Of a stretch of 52,376 nt of DNA, positions 1 through 10,583 are shown in pieces. The translations under genes and the position numbers were made by a program. The DNA is from Prasinococcaceae sp. CCMP 1430. Lineage: Eukaryota > Plantae > Prasinodermophyta. Under the pieces are notes generated by a model, which was given only the letters and a program-made list of their open reading frames with translations, was not told where the DNA came from and searched no databases. Each line of letters begins with the position of its first letter. The stretch's first letter is position 1. The DNA lies in NCBI GenBank assembly GCA_013416795.1, contig RQSC01000750.1:70888-123263 (forward strand), written 5' to 3'.

Positions 1-1160
1 GTGCTACGCTAGGGCGCGTGGCGGGCGGGGGGCGCCGCACGCGCCCGAACCCAAACCTCTTCGCGCGCAGGAAACGCTACAAAACGAACGCAGGGATGCG
101 CCGCACGCAGGTTGAGGTTTCGCACGCGCGCGATCCATCACATGCCGCACACCACTCGAATGTATTTTGATAAAGAGTCATCGGGAGTCAGCACGTAGGG
201 TCTAGAAAAGTGGTCCATTCGGTCCCCGCCCCGCCGAGATTTTTTTTTCGCGGCCGGGCCGTACGCGCGCGGTTTCGGCGGCCGGGCGGCGCGCGTCGCC
301 CGCGGCGACACCGCTCTCGAAATGACCTCCGCGATATTCTGAGGTCATGTCAAATTGAGACTATCCATCGCGCGGATAGCGCGGAAGGACGCTCGCGTGC
401 GCCCGGAATTCCGAGGCGATTTTCGCGGAAGGAGGGGCAATTCGATGCGACCTTCCGCGTGTTGCACCGGCGAGGCGCGAGGCGGGAAAAACGGGGGCGG
501 GGCGGCCCGCCCACCGAAAAAACGGAAGGGGTGGGCGCCCCACCCGAACACAAACGCGTAAATTTCCTATGAAATGCAACACTATCCGTGGTTTATGTGT
601 GATTATGTGCCATGAGGGATCCCCGCGTGCGGATCGAATTATGAAGGCGCGAAATTCGCGCGGGGCGCGAATTCCTCGGCGCGCGCGCGCCCCGCGCGCG
701 CGCGCTCTGCGGCGCGCGCCGAGGTGCAGGGGGGGGAGGGGGGTCGAGGCGGCCAGCGAGGAGCTCGAGGAGGAGGAGGAGGAGGAGGCGGGGGAGGGTG
801 TCCCGAGCACCTCCTCCTCCCTCCCCGCGCCCCCCACATACCCCCACACCCCCAGCTCCGCCTCCCCAACCCGCCCGCGCGCCCCGCCCCGCTGCGCGGT
901 GCGGGCGCGGGCGCGGCAGCAGCACCTGCGGCCACAGCGCCCCCCTCCCCCTCTCCCGGCCAAAAAGTAAAAACGCGGAATTCGATTCTAAATAGGATAG
1001 TCACCGCGAAGTGTAAGTGTGTGAAGAAGTGGAAACGAAAACATGCGTCGATAAAATGCGAAGTGGCGGCAGCACGCGAGCCGTTGTCCGTCGATGTCAG
1101 TAGTGGACAATTTACAAGGAAGCGGGCGGTGGCGCGCGCACACTCCTGCGCGAGGGTGCG

Positions 1161-1856
1161 CTACGTGGGCGTCAGGGCCATGGGATCGGTGATGTCGACG
1201 ACTCCGAACGGCGTGCCATTGAGCGGCGTGCCGCCGCCCGACGCCGTCCCGCCGTCCGAACGCCACGTGCCCACGTGCATCTTGCCAAAGCCCGCCTCGC
1301 GCATCAGCGACATGCCACCGCCCTCGCCCACGCTCTGCTGCAGCGAGCCCAGGTGCGAGCCGCCTTGGGAGAGCGAGCCGAAGTCGCCCTCGCGGTCTGT
1401 GTCTGCGTCGGTCGTCTCGCCATCCTCGCCCTCGTCGTCGCCGCCTGGCCACTCGAGGTAGAGGTCCTGCACAAATTTGTACGAATTCTTCAGCCGGTAG
1501 GGGTCGAACGGGAAGAGCACGTGGAAGCGCGTGAGAATCAGCTTGTTGCCACCCGCCGCTCCGCCGGCAGCGCCCTTGTTCGCCTCGGCCGCCTGCGCCT
1601 TGGTGAGTAGATCGTCGCGCATGGCGATGGCCTGGGAGCAGTCCGCGAGTCCGTGCGCGGCCGCTAACCTCGCGAACTCGTCGGCCACGTCGGGCATGAC
1701 CCCCGCGAGAGGCGCGAGCGGGTGTCCCACCAGCTGTTGCAGGGGCAGCGAGCGCATCACGTCGGCCGTGTGCGGCTCCGCCATCAAGCCCGCCAAGCGG
1801 TAGCACAGCGCGTACAGCGCCGCCTGCACGCTCGCGTAGAAGACGGCGTGGTGCGA
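1161..1856 (-). CDS. RRN3: RNA polymerase I transcription initiation factor RRN3, C-terminal part (5' part missing at the single N at 1857)
   Basis: Translation HHAVFYASVQAALYALCYR ... FHVLFPFDPYRLKNSYKFVQDLYLEW matches the two conserved C-terminal RRN3 motifs (FY..CQA.FY.F.FR; FFPFDPY.L..S...I...Y..W), followed by an acidic tail. TGTAA on the minus strand at 1112-1116. Confidence 0.85.
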   Translation of the reverse strand, partial: SHHAVFYASVQAALYALCYRLAGLMAEPHTADVMRSLPLQQLVGHPLAPLAGVMPDVADEFARLAAAHGLADCSQAIAMRDDLLTKAQAAEANKGAAGGAAGGNKLILTRFHVLFPFDPYRLKNSYKFVQDLYLEWPGGDDEGEDGETTDADTDREGDFGSLSQGGSHLGSLQQSVGEGGGMSLMREAGFGKMHVGTWRSDGGTASGGGTPLNGTPFGVVDITDPMALTPT

Positions 1857-1962
1857 NCCTCGGGCCGTCCTCGCCCCGCCCGGCGCGCCCCTAGCTGGCT
1901 AGCAGCAGCGCGCGCCGCCGGGCCGGCGCCTCCCGCTCCGCGCACGCCGGGCGCCCACCGCG

Positions 1963-2260
1963 CACACACACACACACACACACACCTCGAGGCTTTTCCC
2001 CCCCCCCTTCCTCGAAGCAAACACGCGCGCGGTACCGGTACTGTACTTTTCTCCCTCCGCTCGCGCCGACGTGCCGGGACGGTGTGGAAAGAGCCGTCCG
2101 TTCCCGTTCGTCTCGCTCGCGCGCGCCGCTGCGCCCCTTCGCGGGACCGCGTTCGGCGCCTCTTCGATCGACGCTCGTGTGGACATGTGTGGGTGTGGGT
2201 GGGTAGGGGGGTAGGGGGGTGTGGGTGTGTGGGTGTGGGTGTGGGTGTGGGTGTGGGTTT
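1963..2260. repeat. (CA)n microsatellite (1963-1984) and GT/GTGGGT-rich simple repeat (~2186-2260)
   Basis: Directly visible simple repeats. Confidence 0.9.
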
Positions 2261-2626
2261 GTGCGTGCGTGTGGGTGGGCGTTGCGTGTGGGCGTGTTTG
2301 CGTGCCGTGTCGATGTGCGCCGGGCGCATGCGCGCGCCTCGCCGGCTCGCGCGCGCGCGCGCCGCCCGCGGCAACAACACTCGCGGCGCTCCGCGGCGCA
2401 CCGCTTCCGCTTCCGCTTCGCTTCGGATTCCACGCGCGGCCTCCATATCACCTCTCAACCATCCGCCCAACGGAATCCACTCCTTTGGTGATGGATTCCA
2501 CGATACGGATTCCATACGAAATATCGCGCGCGAACCCGCGGCCCGCGCTTTCGCCGCGCGCGACCGCGGGACCTCGGTGCGTTCCGCCCTCCGCCGCGCC
2601 CGAATTCGCCGCGCGCGCTCCGCGGG

Positions 2627-3423
2627 NNNNNNNNNNNNNNNNNNNNNNNNNNNNNNNNNNNNNNNNNNNNNNNNNNNNNNNNNNNNNNNNNNNNNNNNNN
2701 NNNNNNNNNNNNNNNNNNNNNNNNNNNNNNNNNNNNNNNNNNNNNNNNNNNNNNNNNNNNNNNNNNNNNNNNNNNNNNNNNNNNNNNNNNNNNNNNNNNN
2801 NNNNNNNNNNNNNNNNNNNNNNNNNNNNNNNNNNNNNNNNNNNNNNNNNNNNNNNNNNNNNNNNNNNNNNNNNNNNNNNNNNNNNNNNNNNNNNNNNNNN
2901 NNNNNNNNNNNNNNNNNNNNNNNNNNNNNNNNNNNNNNNNNNNNNNNNNNNNNNNNNNNNNNNNNNNNNNNNNNNNNNNNNNNNNNNNNNNNNNNNNNNN
3001 NNNNNNNNNNNNNNNNNNNNNNNNNNNNNNNNNNNNNNNNNNNNNNNNNNNNNNNNNNNNNNNNNNNNNNNNNNNNNNNNNNNNNNNNNNNNNNNNNNNN
3101 NNNNNNNNNNNNNNNNNNNNNNNNNNNNNNNNNNNNNNNNNNNNNNNNNNNNNNNNNNNNNNNNNNNNNNNNNNNNNNNNNNNNNNNNNNNNNNNNNNNN
3201 NNNNNNNNNNNNNNNNNNNNNNNNNNNNNNNNNNNNNNNNNNNNNNNNNNNNNNNNNNNNNNNNNNNNNNNNNNNNNNNNNNNNNNNNNNNNNNNNNNNN
3301 NNNNNNNNNNNNNNNNNNNNNNNNNNNNNNNNNNNNNNNNNNNNNNNNNNNNNNNNNNNNNNNNNNNNNNNNNNNNNNNNNNNNNNNNNNNNNNNNNNNN
3401 NNNNNNNNNNNNNNNNNNNNNNN
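2627..3423. other. Assembly gap (N run)
   Basis: Run of N; ORFs spanning it are artefacts. Confidence 1.
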
Positions 3424-4100
3424 CGTGCTCCGCGGCGTCGACGTCCGGGCGGTCGACGTCTGGGCCGTCGGCGTCCGGCCGCGAGGGCGCCCACACGCGC
3501 ATGGCGCGCATGACGGTGGGCTCGCGGAAGAGGGCGCTTGAGACGGTGCACAAGCGGGTCGTGTCGCTCGCGCAGCAGCGCCGCGAGGAGCAGACCCGCG
3601 CGGCGGCGGCGGCCCAGGGCAAGCGCGCCGCCCAGGCCGCGCGCGCCACAGAAATGGCGGCGAGCGTCGACGCGCAGGAAGAAGACGGCGTGTGGGACGA
3701 GGCCGAGGCCACCGCGCTCAAGGCCGCCGCTCGAGCGCTCGAGCGGCTGGTCGCACAGGGCGCGCCGGCCGACACGGCCGCGTCTGCCGCCGCGCAGGCC
3801 TACGCGTCGACGCTCACCAGAACGGGGTTCGCTGGTGGCAGCGGCCGCAATGGCGGCGGCGGTGCCAGCACGTGCGCGTCGACCAACATGGACACGCTGC
3901 GCCAGGTCTTCCGCTCGCTCGAGTCGTCATCGCTGGGCCACGGCGTGTCGGCGGACGTCGCGCGCTCCGTGCTCATCTGCGCGGGCTTCGACGAGTCGGC
4001 GTGCGACGAGATCCTCGACGAGGACGAGGCGCTGAACTTGATGCGCTTCGAGGAGGTGATCAGCGCGCTCGAGGAGCGGTCCAAGGCCGCGGAGAAGTGA
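3424..4100 (+). CDS. 3' part of a hypothetical protein with a possible degenerate C-terminal EF-hand pair
   Basis: Open frame with G/C-ending codons up to TGA at 4098-4100. LRQVFRSLESSSLGHGVSADVARSVL and DEILDEDEALNLMRFEEVISAL loosely resemble EF-hands. TGTAA at 4240-4244. The 5' end is in the gap. Confidence 0.55.
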
Positions 4101-4700
4101 GCGGCCGCCCTGTTCCAGTACATTCTAGCCATGTATAGCACGCCCCCACGTGTGGGCCGAACCCCCGCCGCGGCGCGCGGCGGGCGGCGAGCGCGGCGGG
4201 CCAACGCTCGGGAGAGCAGCCCCCGCCCCGCCCGCAAATTGTAACAAGAGATGACAGCCCCCGGCCCTCTGCGCCCGCTGCACCTCCTCAAGCCGCCCCT
4301 CCCGGAGACAGCCCCCACTCGCTCGCGCTCGCGGCGCAGCCTGCCTCCTCCCCCCCCATACACACACCACCGCCTTCTCGCCCCTGCTCGCGCCCTCGGC
4401 GCTTTGATGGCGTTTTCGCACGCGCGCTCTCGGCCCCCTTTGCGCCGCAAAAGGCGCCCAAGGCGCCGAAATTGATGGCGCGTTCGCATGCTTTTCGCGG
4501 AGCGGGGCGGCGAAATTCAAACCTGAGCGACGCCGACCCGACGGCGCCACAGCGCGCGCGCGGCACGCACGCACGCACGCACGCGCGGGCCCGGCGCCCC
4601 CTCCCTCCCTCGCTCGCTCGCTCCGTACGCCGCGGCCGCCCCGCTTGGGGGCGCCTCCGTTCCCATCTCGGCGCCCGGCGCGGGTGGAGGTCCGACGGCG

Positions 4701-5361
4701 ATGGCAGCGCTGCGTCTGGCGACGCTGCACGGCGCGCCCGCGGCGGCGGCGGGGGCGGACGTGCCTCCGATGTCGCCGTACCCCTCGGCGATGGGCCTCG
4801 ACCCGATGACCAAGCCTGACCTCGGCCCCGCGTGGGAGGCGCGCGTCGCGCCGACCAGCACGCGCACGATGCAGGACGTGCAGCGCGCGCTGCACTCGCC
4901 CGTGCCGCCCGAGCTCGAGCAGCGCAGGCGCGCCGAGGACAGCGGCAAGGTGCTGACACACATACCGTGGCAGGTGGTGAACCGCTTGCTGACGTACCAC
5001 GCGCCGGGCTGGAACGGCGAGGTGAAGTACATCCACTACGGCCGTGACACGGTGACCGTCACCTACCGCATCTCCATCCCTTGTGCAGACGGCACCATCG
5101 CTCGCGAGGTGCGTCGCGCGCAGCGCGTCGCGACCGCCGTGCCCTTTGAAAGCGCGCTAGCGCGCGCTGACAGGAGCAACACCTGCCAATGCTGCCACCG
5201 CCGCGCTGCGTGCGCACTAGGCGACGGGCACCAAGCGTTTGAGCGGCGATGGCTACGGCGAGCCCGAGCAGCTCGCGGAGCAGCAAGCGTTTTCGCGCGC
5301 GGCCGCGCGCTGCGGACTGGGGCTCTACCTGTACCCGGACCCGACGGCCCCGAAGCAGTGA
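4701..5361 (+). CDS. RAD52: Plant-type organellar RAD52/ODB-like ssDNA-annealing protein; exons 4701-5108 and 5221-5361
   Basis: HIPWQVVNRLLTYHAPGWNGEVKYI...VTVTYRISI...RE|ATGT...GYGEPEQLAEQQAFSRAAARCGLGLYLY matches plant RAD52-1/-2. Phase-0 GT..AG intron at 5109-5220. Confidence 0.9.
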
Positions 5362-5445
5362 TGAAAGAGGGGCAAATTAGTACAGTACGCGCACCTGCGA
5401 CGGCGTAAACGCACGAGCAGCGCGAGCCGCATGTGCCACCACCTC

Positions 5446-6620
5446 TCAGCCGAAGCAGAGGTCGAAGACGTTGGTGATGCGCCTCCTCACTGGCATGACG
5501 CCTCCGGCTGGTGCCGCGACCACGACCGTCGCCGAGCGCGCCCCCCACAGGCACACCTGGCACGGCGCCTCGAGCAGGTGGCCGTGCAGCCGGTACTTTG
5601 ACTCGGGCTCGCACGGGCAGAAGCAAACGTGCAGGTCGCCATTGAAGTGATCGCACTTGTACCAGCAGTCCACGCAGTCCCACGCGCAGCCCGCGCCCTT
5701 GACGACCGCGCGCCCCGTGTGCGAGGCGATCTGCCGCGCCGAGCGCAGGTCGCCGCTCATCACTGCGCCCACCGCCATGCTCGTACCTGTGCTCGCATAC
5801 GTCGCGAACGTACTCGCCAGGCATGGGAAAAAGCTGCGCGCGCGCGCGTGAGGGCGGTGTCGAGGCGGCGGGTGCGCAGCAAGGCGTTGCGCGGCCGCTA
5901 CAGTCAGCGCCGTGCGAGCGACACGTGCGTGTACGCGCACTCAGCTGCGACGAGGCGTGCGAAAGGGCAAGCGAAGTTCGCGGAGCGTGCGCATGCTCGA
6001 GCGCGCGGGCTTTTGCACGGCAGCGGCCGAGGACAGCCCGCACCAGCATCGCGTGAGCTGCAGACCACCCCACAGCACGAGGCCGCCAACGTATGACACC
6101 AGCGCGAACTGCGTGCGAGAGGGAGGGCGGATGGGCGGACGGGCGCCCAGTCAGCGGACGGGAGGCAGGCATACCCACTGCCACCAAGCACGCCCTTGCG
6201 CCCTCGCTGCCGCGCACGCACCGGCATGAGCGCGCCCTGGGCGAGGCAGCGCAGCGGCCCTTCGCCGCAGGCTTCGCCGTCCGGGCACTCTTCTACCCCA
6301 CACCAGCAGGTCGGCGTGCGCGCCGCCGTCGCAGCGCGGGCGCGGGCGGGCGGGGGCGGCACGTGCGGCAGTTGCATCTGCGCGTGCGCCACAACGGGCA
6401 CCGCCTGCATCGGCGCGTGCGTCACAACGGGCACCGCTTCCATCGGCGCAGCAACTGGCACGTTTGGCGCGGGCGCGGGGGCCGGCGCGTACTGCGGCGC
6501 GGGCACATACTGCGGCGCCGACACCGCGGTCGGGGGCGCAGCGACGGGCGCGGGTGCGGGCGCCAGCACGGACGAGACCGCGGCGCCCGCGGCCGCCGCG
6601 GCATTAGGCATCTCAGCCAT
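5446..6620 (-). CDS. Hypothetical spliced protein: Pro/Ala-rich N-terminus, Cys/His-rich C-terminus
   Basis: ATG at 6620 (MAEMPN..., PAPQY repeats, TCWCGVEECPDGEAC), GTGCGT donor near 6225. The last exon has strong GC3 bias (GCAWDCVDCWYKCDHF...CFCPC...HGH...PCQVCLWG) and ends in TGA at 5446-5448. Internal exon structure unresolved. Confidence 0.55.
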
Positions 6621-6812
6621 GGCAGCGCGGTAATCGCCGACGCGGTCGCCGCCGAGCCCGACCAGCGCACCACGATTTCCAGGGCCGCAGCGCACGCCCA
6701 TGTCCGCTTTGCCGGCCTGTGGCTGGAGGCGCCGGAAGAGGTCCGCCTCGGTCGCGTCTACGCCCGCGGCCTCAACGCGTCCGACGCCGATGCCGCCATT
6801 GTGATCGCCCAA
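6612..6812 (+). pseudogene. Fragment of a bacterial-type P-loop kinase (AAA_33 / C-terminal domain of bifunctional aminoglycoside-phosphotransferase-ATP-binding proteins)
   Basis: LSHGSAVIADAVAAEPDQRTTISRAAAHAHVRFAGLWLEAPEEVRLGRVYARGLNASDADAAIVIAQ fits the recalled family pattern G.SVIADAVF...ER..I...A......F.GLWL.AP..V...RV..R..DASDA...V...Q. No Walker A, start or family-like C-terminus nearby. Confidence 0.7.
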
Positions 6813-7496
6813 TCCGAGGCCGCCCGCCCGGCGCCGCGCAGCAGGCGCCGTTCGAACTCGTTGCGAACCGCACCCGCGCACCCGGCCGCAGATACGCCGC
6901 CCGGCCGGCGCTCGCGCTGCGAGCAGCACCCATCAGCGCCCCGCAGGCAGGCAGGGGAACCGCTCCGCCCCCCCCCCCAACCAACTTCCTGGCAACCCGG
7001 CTGGAGGAACCGGAACCGACCCGACCGCAGGCGTGCAGGCGTGCAGGCGGGCGCGCGCGTCGGGGAACCGCCGCGGCCCCAAAAAACAACCAACCAACCA
7101 AAGCCCCCGCCGGACAGGCGAGCTCTCGCTCGCTCGGGGAACCGGTTGTTGCTTGTCGCCGACCGAAGCGCGCGCCGCACCGGCTGGGCATGAAACCCTG
7201 CGCGGGTGCTGCTGACTGATAGTGGCAGCTGCCGACCGATGCTGGCTGGCTGGCTGGCTGGCTGGCTGGGGGGGGAAGATGCTGCGTGTGTGTGTGCGTG
7301 TGCGCGCGCGTGTGAGAGGGGACGCGTATGTGGGGAATGTTGGCGGGGGCAGGGAGGGGGGGGGGAGGAGCTCGCGCGCCGGCAAGGGCACTTGCGCCAC
7401 TCCGTTGCAGCGCGCCCGAAAGGGAGGTGGAGCGGGGTGGGTGGGGGGTGGGAGGAAGCTGCGTCGGGCTGAGCACAAGGCCGGGCCAGGCGCGCC

Positions 7497-10227
7497 ATGG
7501 CGCGGCGCTTGCGCTTGCGTTCGAGCGCGCGCGCCGCCGCCGCTGCAGCTGCTCTCGCGGCGCTCGCGGCGCTCGCGGCGCGGTTTGCCGCCGCCGAGGG
7601 CGTGCCTTTTGAGGAGCAAGCGCGCGATGCGCTCAAGTGGGCCCTCGACGTGCGTGCGGATGCCGTGCGTGAGTTCGCGCTCGAGATCGAGGCCTCGTAC
7701 GACTCCTTCCGCCGCTCGGGCTCGAAGACCAGCGGGTGCTCAGCGCCGAGCGCATGTGCCGCCGCGCTACCACCAGAAGCGGTGTGCGACGCGGAATATG
7801 GCGCGACCGAGGGCTGCGAGTGCGCCGGGCGCCGCGTGGACCACACCAAGGGCGTCATCAAGATCCCGGGCGAGGACTACGTGAACGAGTTGACAAAACC
7901 TGGGGCCAAGCACGCCGTGTGCTTCATGGACGGCCTCGAAACCACCGTCCAGAGGATCCGCGACGCTGAGAGCGACGCCTCCCTGAAGGTACGCTCGCGT
8001 CTTCCTCCTTTGCCCCCTTGCTCCAGGCGCGCGCACGCGGCACCCGACGCGCGTACCGCCGCTGACGAGCGCCGCCTGTGCCCTCTTTCCCTCATCAACC
8101 CCATCAACCCACACACCGCACCCCCCACCCCCCACCACACACACACACTTCTAACCCCAGACGATGTATATTGGCACCACTGCGGGCGCCTTCTGGCAGC
8201 ACCCAGGTATCCTGTGGCCGCGTGACACCGAAGGGTGCGACGCCAACTACGACCCACGCGTGCGGCCGTGGTACGTCTCGGGCGCGTCGGGGCCCAAGAA
8301 TGTCGTTCTCATACTCGACACGTCGGGCTCGATGGGTCGCAACGACCGTCTAGGAAACATGCAGGAGGCTGCCAAACTCGTGGTGAGCGGCCTCACGCAC
8401 GCGGACTCAGTGGCCGTCGTGACATTCTCGTCGGACGCGGCATCCGAAAACAACTATCTCGTGCCCGCCACTGCATCCTACCGCAGCAAGATATCGTCTT
8501 GGATCGAAAAAACTAAGGCTGCGGGCTCCACCAACTACACTGGCGCGCTCGCGTCCGCGATCAACATCGTGCGGCGCTCTGAGTCCAGCGACCGCATCAC
8601 GGGCTGCCGCACGGCGTATGTCTTCCTGAGCGACGGCGAGCCCAACGAGTTCGAAGATGGGCGCATGTCAGACATCCAGGCCCAGATCGCAAGGCTGCGC
8701 GCAGAGGGAGACGACTCTGGCCCGGAGGAAAAGGTCTTCTGGTTCGGCCTGGGGACGGGAGGCGACCAGGCTGAGGAAGTGCTCGCGGATCTGGCGTGCC
8801 AATCAAGCAGCGTGTACACCCCGGTGCCCGACTTCGATCCGAGGGGGCTTGCGCAGTCGCTCGCAGGGTACCAGCACTTTTTCAGTGCTGAGCTTGGCTA
8901 TCTGAACGAGAATGCGCCTGCCTACACGCCCAAGGTGTCTTTCTCCGAGCCCTACACATCCATCCCGGACATCTGGGGCCAGGTGATCACAGCGGTGGCT
9001 CCGGTGTACGACCGTTCGAGTACACCATGAGTCCTAGTCGGTGTCGCTGCCGTCGACATCCCCGTGTGCGAGTTCGAAACTGCTGTGGAGGCCACGGGCT
9101 ACGTCGGCACTCCTTCCGCTGCTGTCCGAGAGACCAAAACGGGGTGCACGTGCGCCACTGGCAGCTACACCTACGATGGGGCCACATTCAACGGCTGCAC
9201 CGACTACGACTGGGCGACGCCCTGGTGCGCGACGACGGACTGCGGCACGTGCGATGGCTTAACGAGCTCTGGATGCTGGGACGAGTGCGATGTGTCCAAT
9301 ACGCCCAAGGGGCTGGTGGAGTCGGAGCTCCAGGCCCGCTCGCTCGACGATTCCTGCGCAGAAATGTCTCTGGACGACTGCGCGCTCCTTGCGCTCAGGG
9401 AGGCCAGCTGGGACGGCTACAGGTCGTCGCCCTGCGGCTCGCAGCGATGCGGGACCGGCGCCAGGCTCACCCCGTCCAATCCCTTTGAAGGAGTCTCGGG
9501 CTGGAGTGACTTCGAGAGCACGGGCTATTCGAGCACGGACAACAAGAAAGATGTGTGCGATGATCCCTCGCAGAGTACCGCGATCTGCGGTACGTGCGAC
9601 GCGGTAGTCATGCAACCCCCCTGCACGAACGAGGCGTGCGTGGAGGGCGCGCGCCGCCGCGAAGAGTCGAGGTATGTGGACCCCATCCTCCAGATGTGCG
9701 GACACGCGAAGTTCCCGGCGGACGGCGACGATCCTTACTACGGCGAGCCCGTGCGCGGTCGCGACGACGACGACGATGACGGTCCAATTACGGATGATGA
9801 GGGCGGAAAATCGAAGCAAATCCCCATCTACTACTTCGCACCCGTCGTAGCCCTCGCTAGTGCCGTGTTCATCCTGCATTCGCGCGCGAAAAGGAGGCGC
9901 GCGGCGGCGACGAGGGGGCAGCAGGGCCCGTCGAGCTTCCAGGCAGGCATGGGCGCGGGCGCCCCCCCCGCCTCACAGCCGCACGGCTTGCAGATGTTTG
10001 GCCGGCAGGCCCCATCTCCGGGCTACGTGACGGCGCCTCCCGTGTACGTGGACGGGGCTGGTGCGCAGATGCAGCCTGGCTCCTACGTTGTGGCTGCACC
10101 AGGTGGACCGCCGCCGCCGCCGGTGGTGGCGGCGGCACCCGGGGGGTACATGTCAACAACGCAGCCTGTGGTGTATGCTCCGCAGGGCGCGTCTCCGCTT
10201 CCACCACAGCCGCCACCAGGCTACTAG
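7497..10227 (+). CDS. Alpha2delta/CACHD1-like VWA + dCache type I membrane protein; exons 7497-7988 and 8161-10227, with an in-frame TGA at 9028-9030
   Basis: Signal peptide, then YDPRVRPWY (8248-8274), MIDAS ILDTSGSM, VFLSDGEP, SEPY...VITAVAPVYDR, *VLVGVAAVD, an FN2-like module, a TM helix (~9826-9876) and a Pro-rich tail. Intron 7989-8160 is GTACGC..CTAACCCCAG, phase 0. Confidence 0.85.
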
Positions 10228-10583
10228 GCCACAGGCCGCTAGTACATGCACGGAAGCAGACGTTTGCGCTTGAAGGAGCGGCATCGCCACTGTGGTTGCC
10301 GTACTGCCAGCTCTTTCGTCCGCCTCGAAAGATCGCTCACAATAGGACCTAATGGCGGTCGGTGCGAGGTAGTAGGATACGCGCGCGTGTGCTGAAAGCC
10401 GCGTCCCGTCCCAGCGTCGTTCGTGTATATTGAGCGCCTCTCTTACCACTGCGTTCAAAAAGGCCTAACGAACGCGCATCACGCCTGCGAGTGCGTGCGC
10501 GCACATGCACGAGACGCTGCGCCCGAGGCGAGGGCGTGGAGGTTGTTTTTGTGGTGGGCTTGCGGCGCTAGCCGTCGGGCGTC

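Noticed and set aside
210-1004. Several overlapping 60-245 aa ORFs, including a poly-Glu stretch (569-970)
   Set aside because: Low-complexity GC-rich translation with no recognisable domain or consistent splice structure; most likely UTR or intergenic.
1722-4100. Long ORFs spanning the N gap (also 47156-49871)
   Set aside because: Artefacts of translating through N runs.
9020-9037. Selenocysteine interpretation of the TGA at 9028
   Set aside because: No canonical AUGA..AA..GA SECIS seen in 10228-10580, and the position is a loop rather than a Cys/redox motif. Kept only as a minor alternative.
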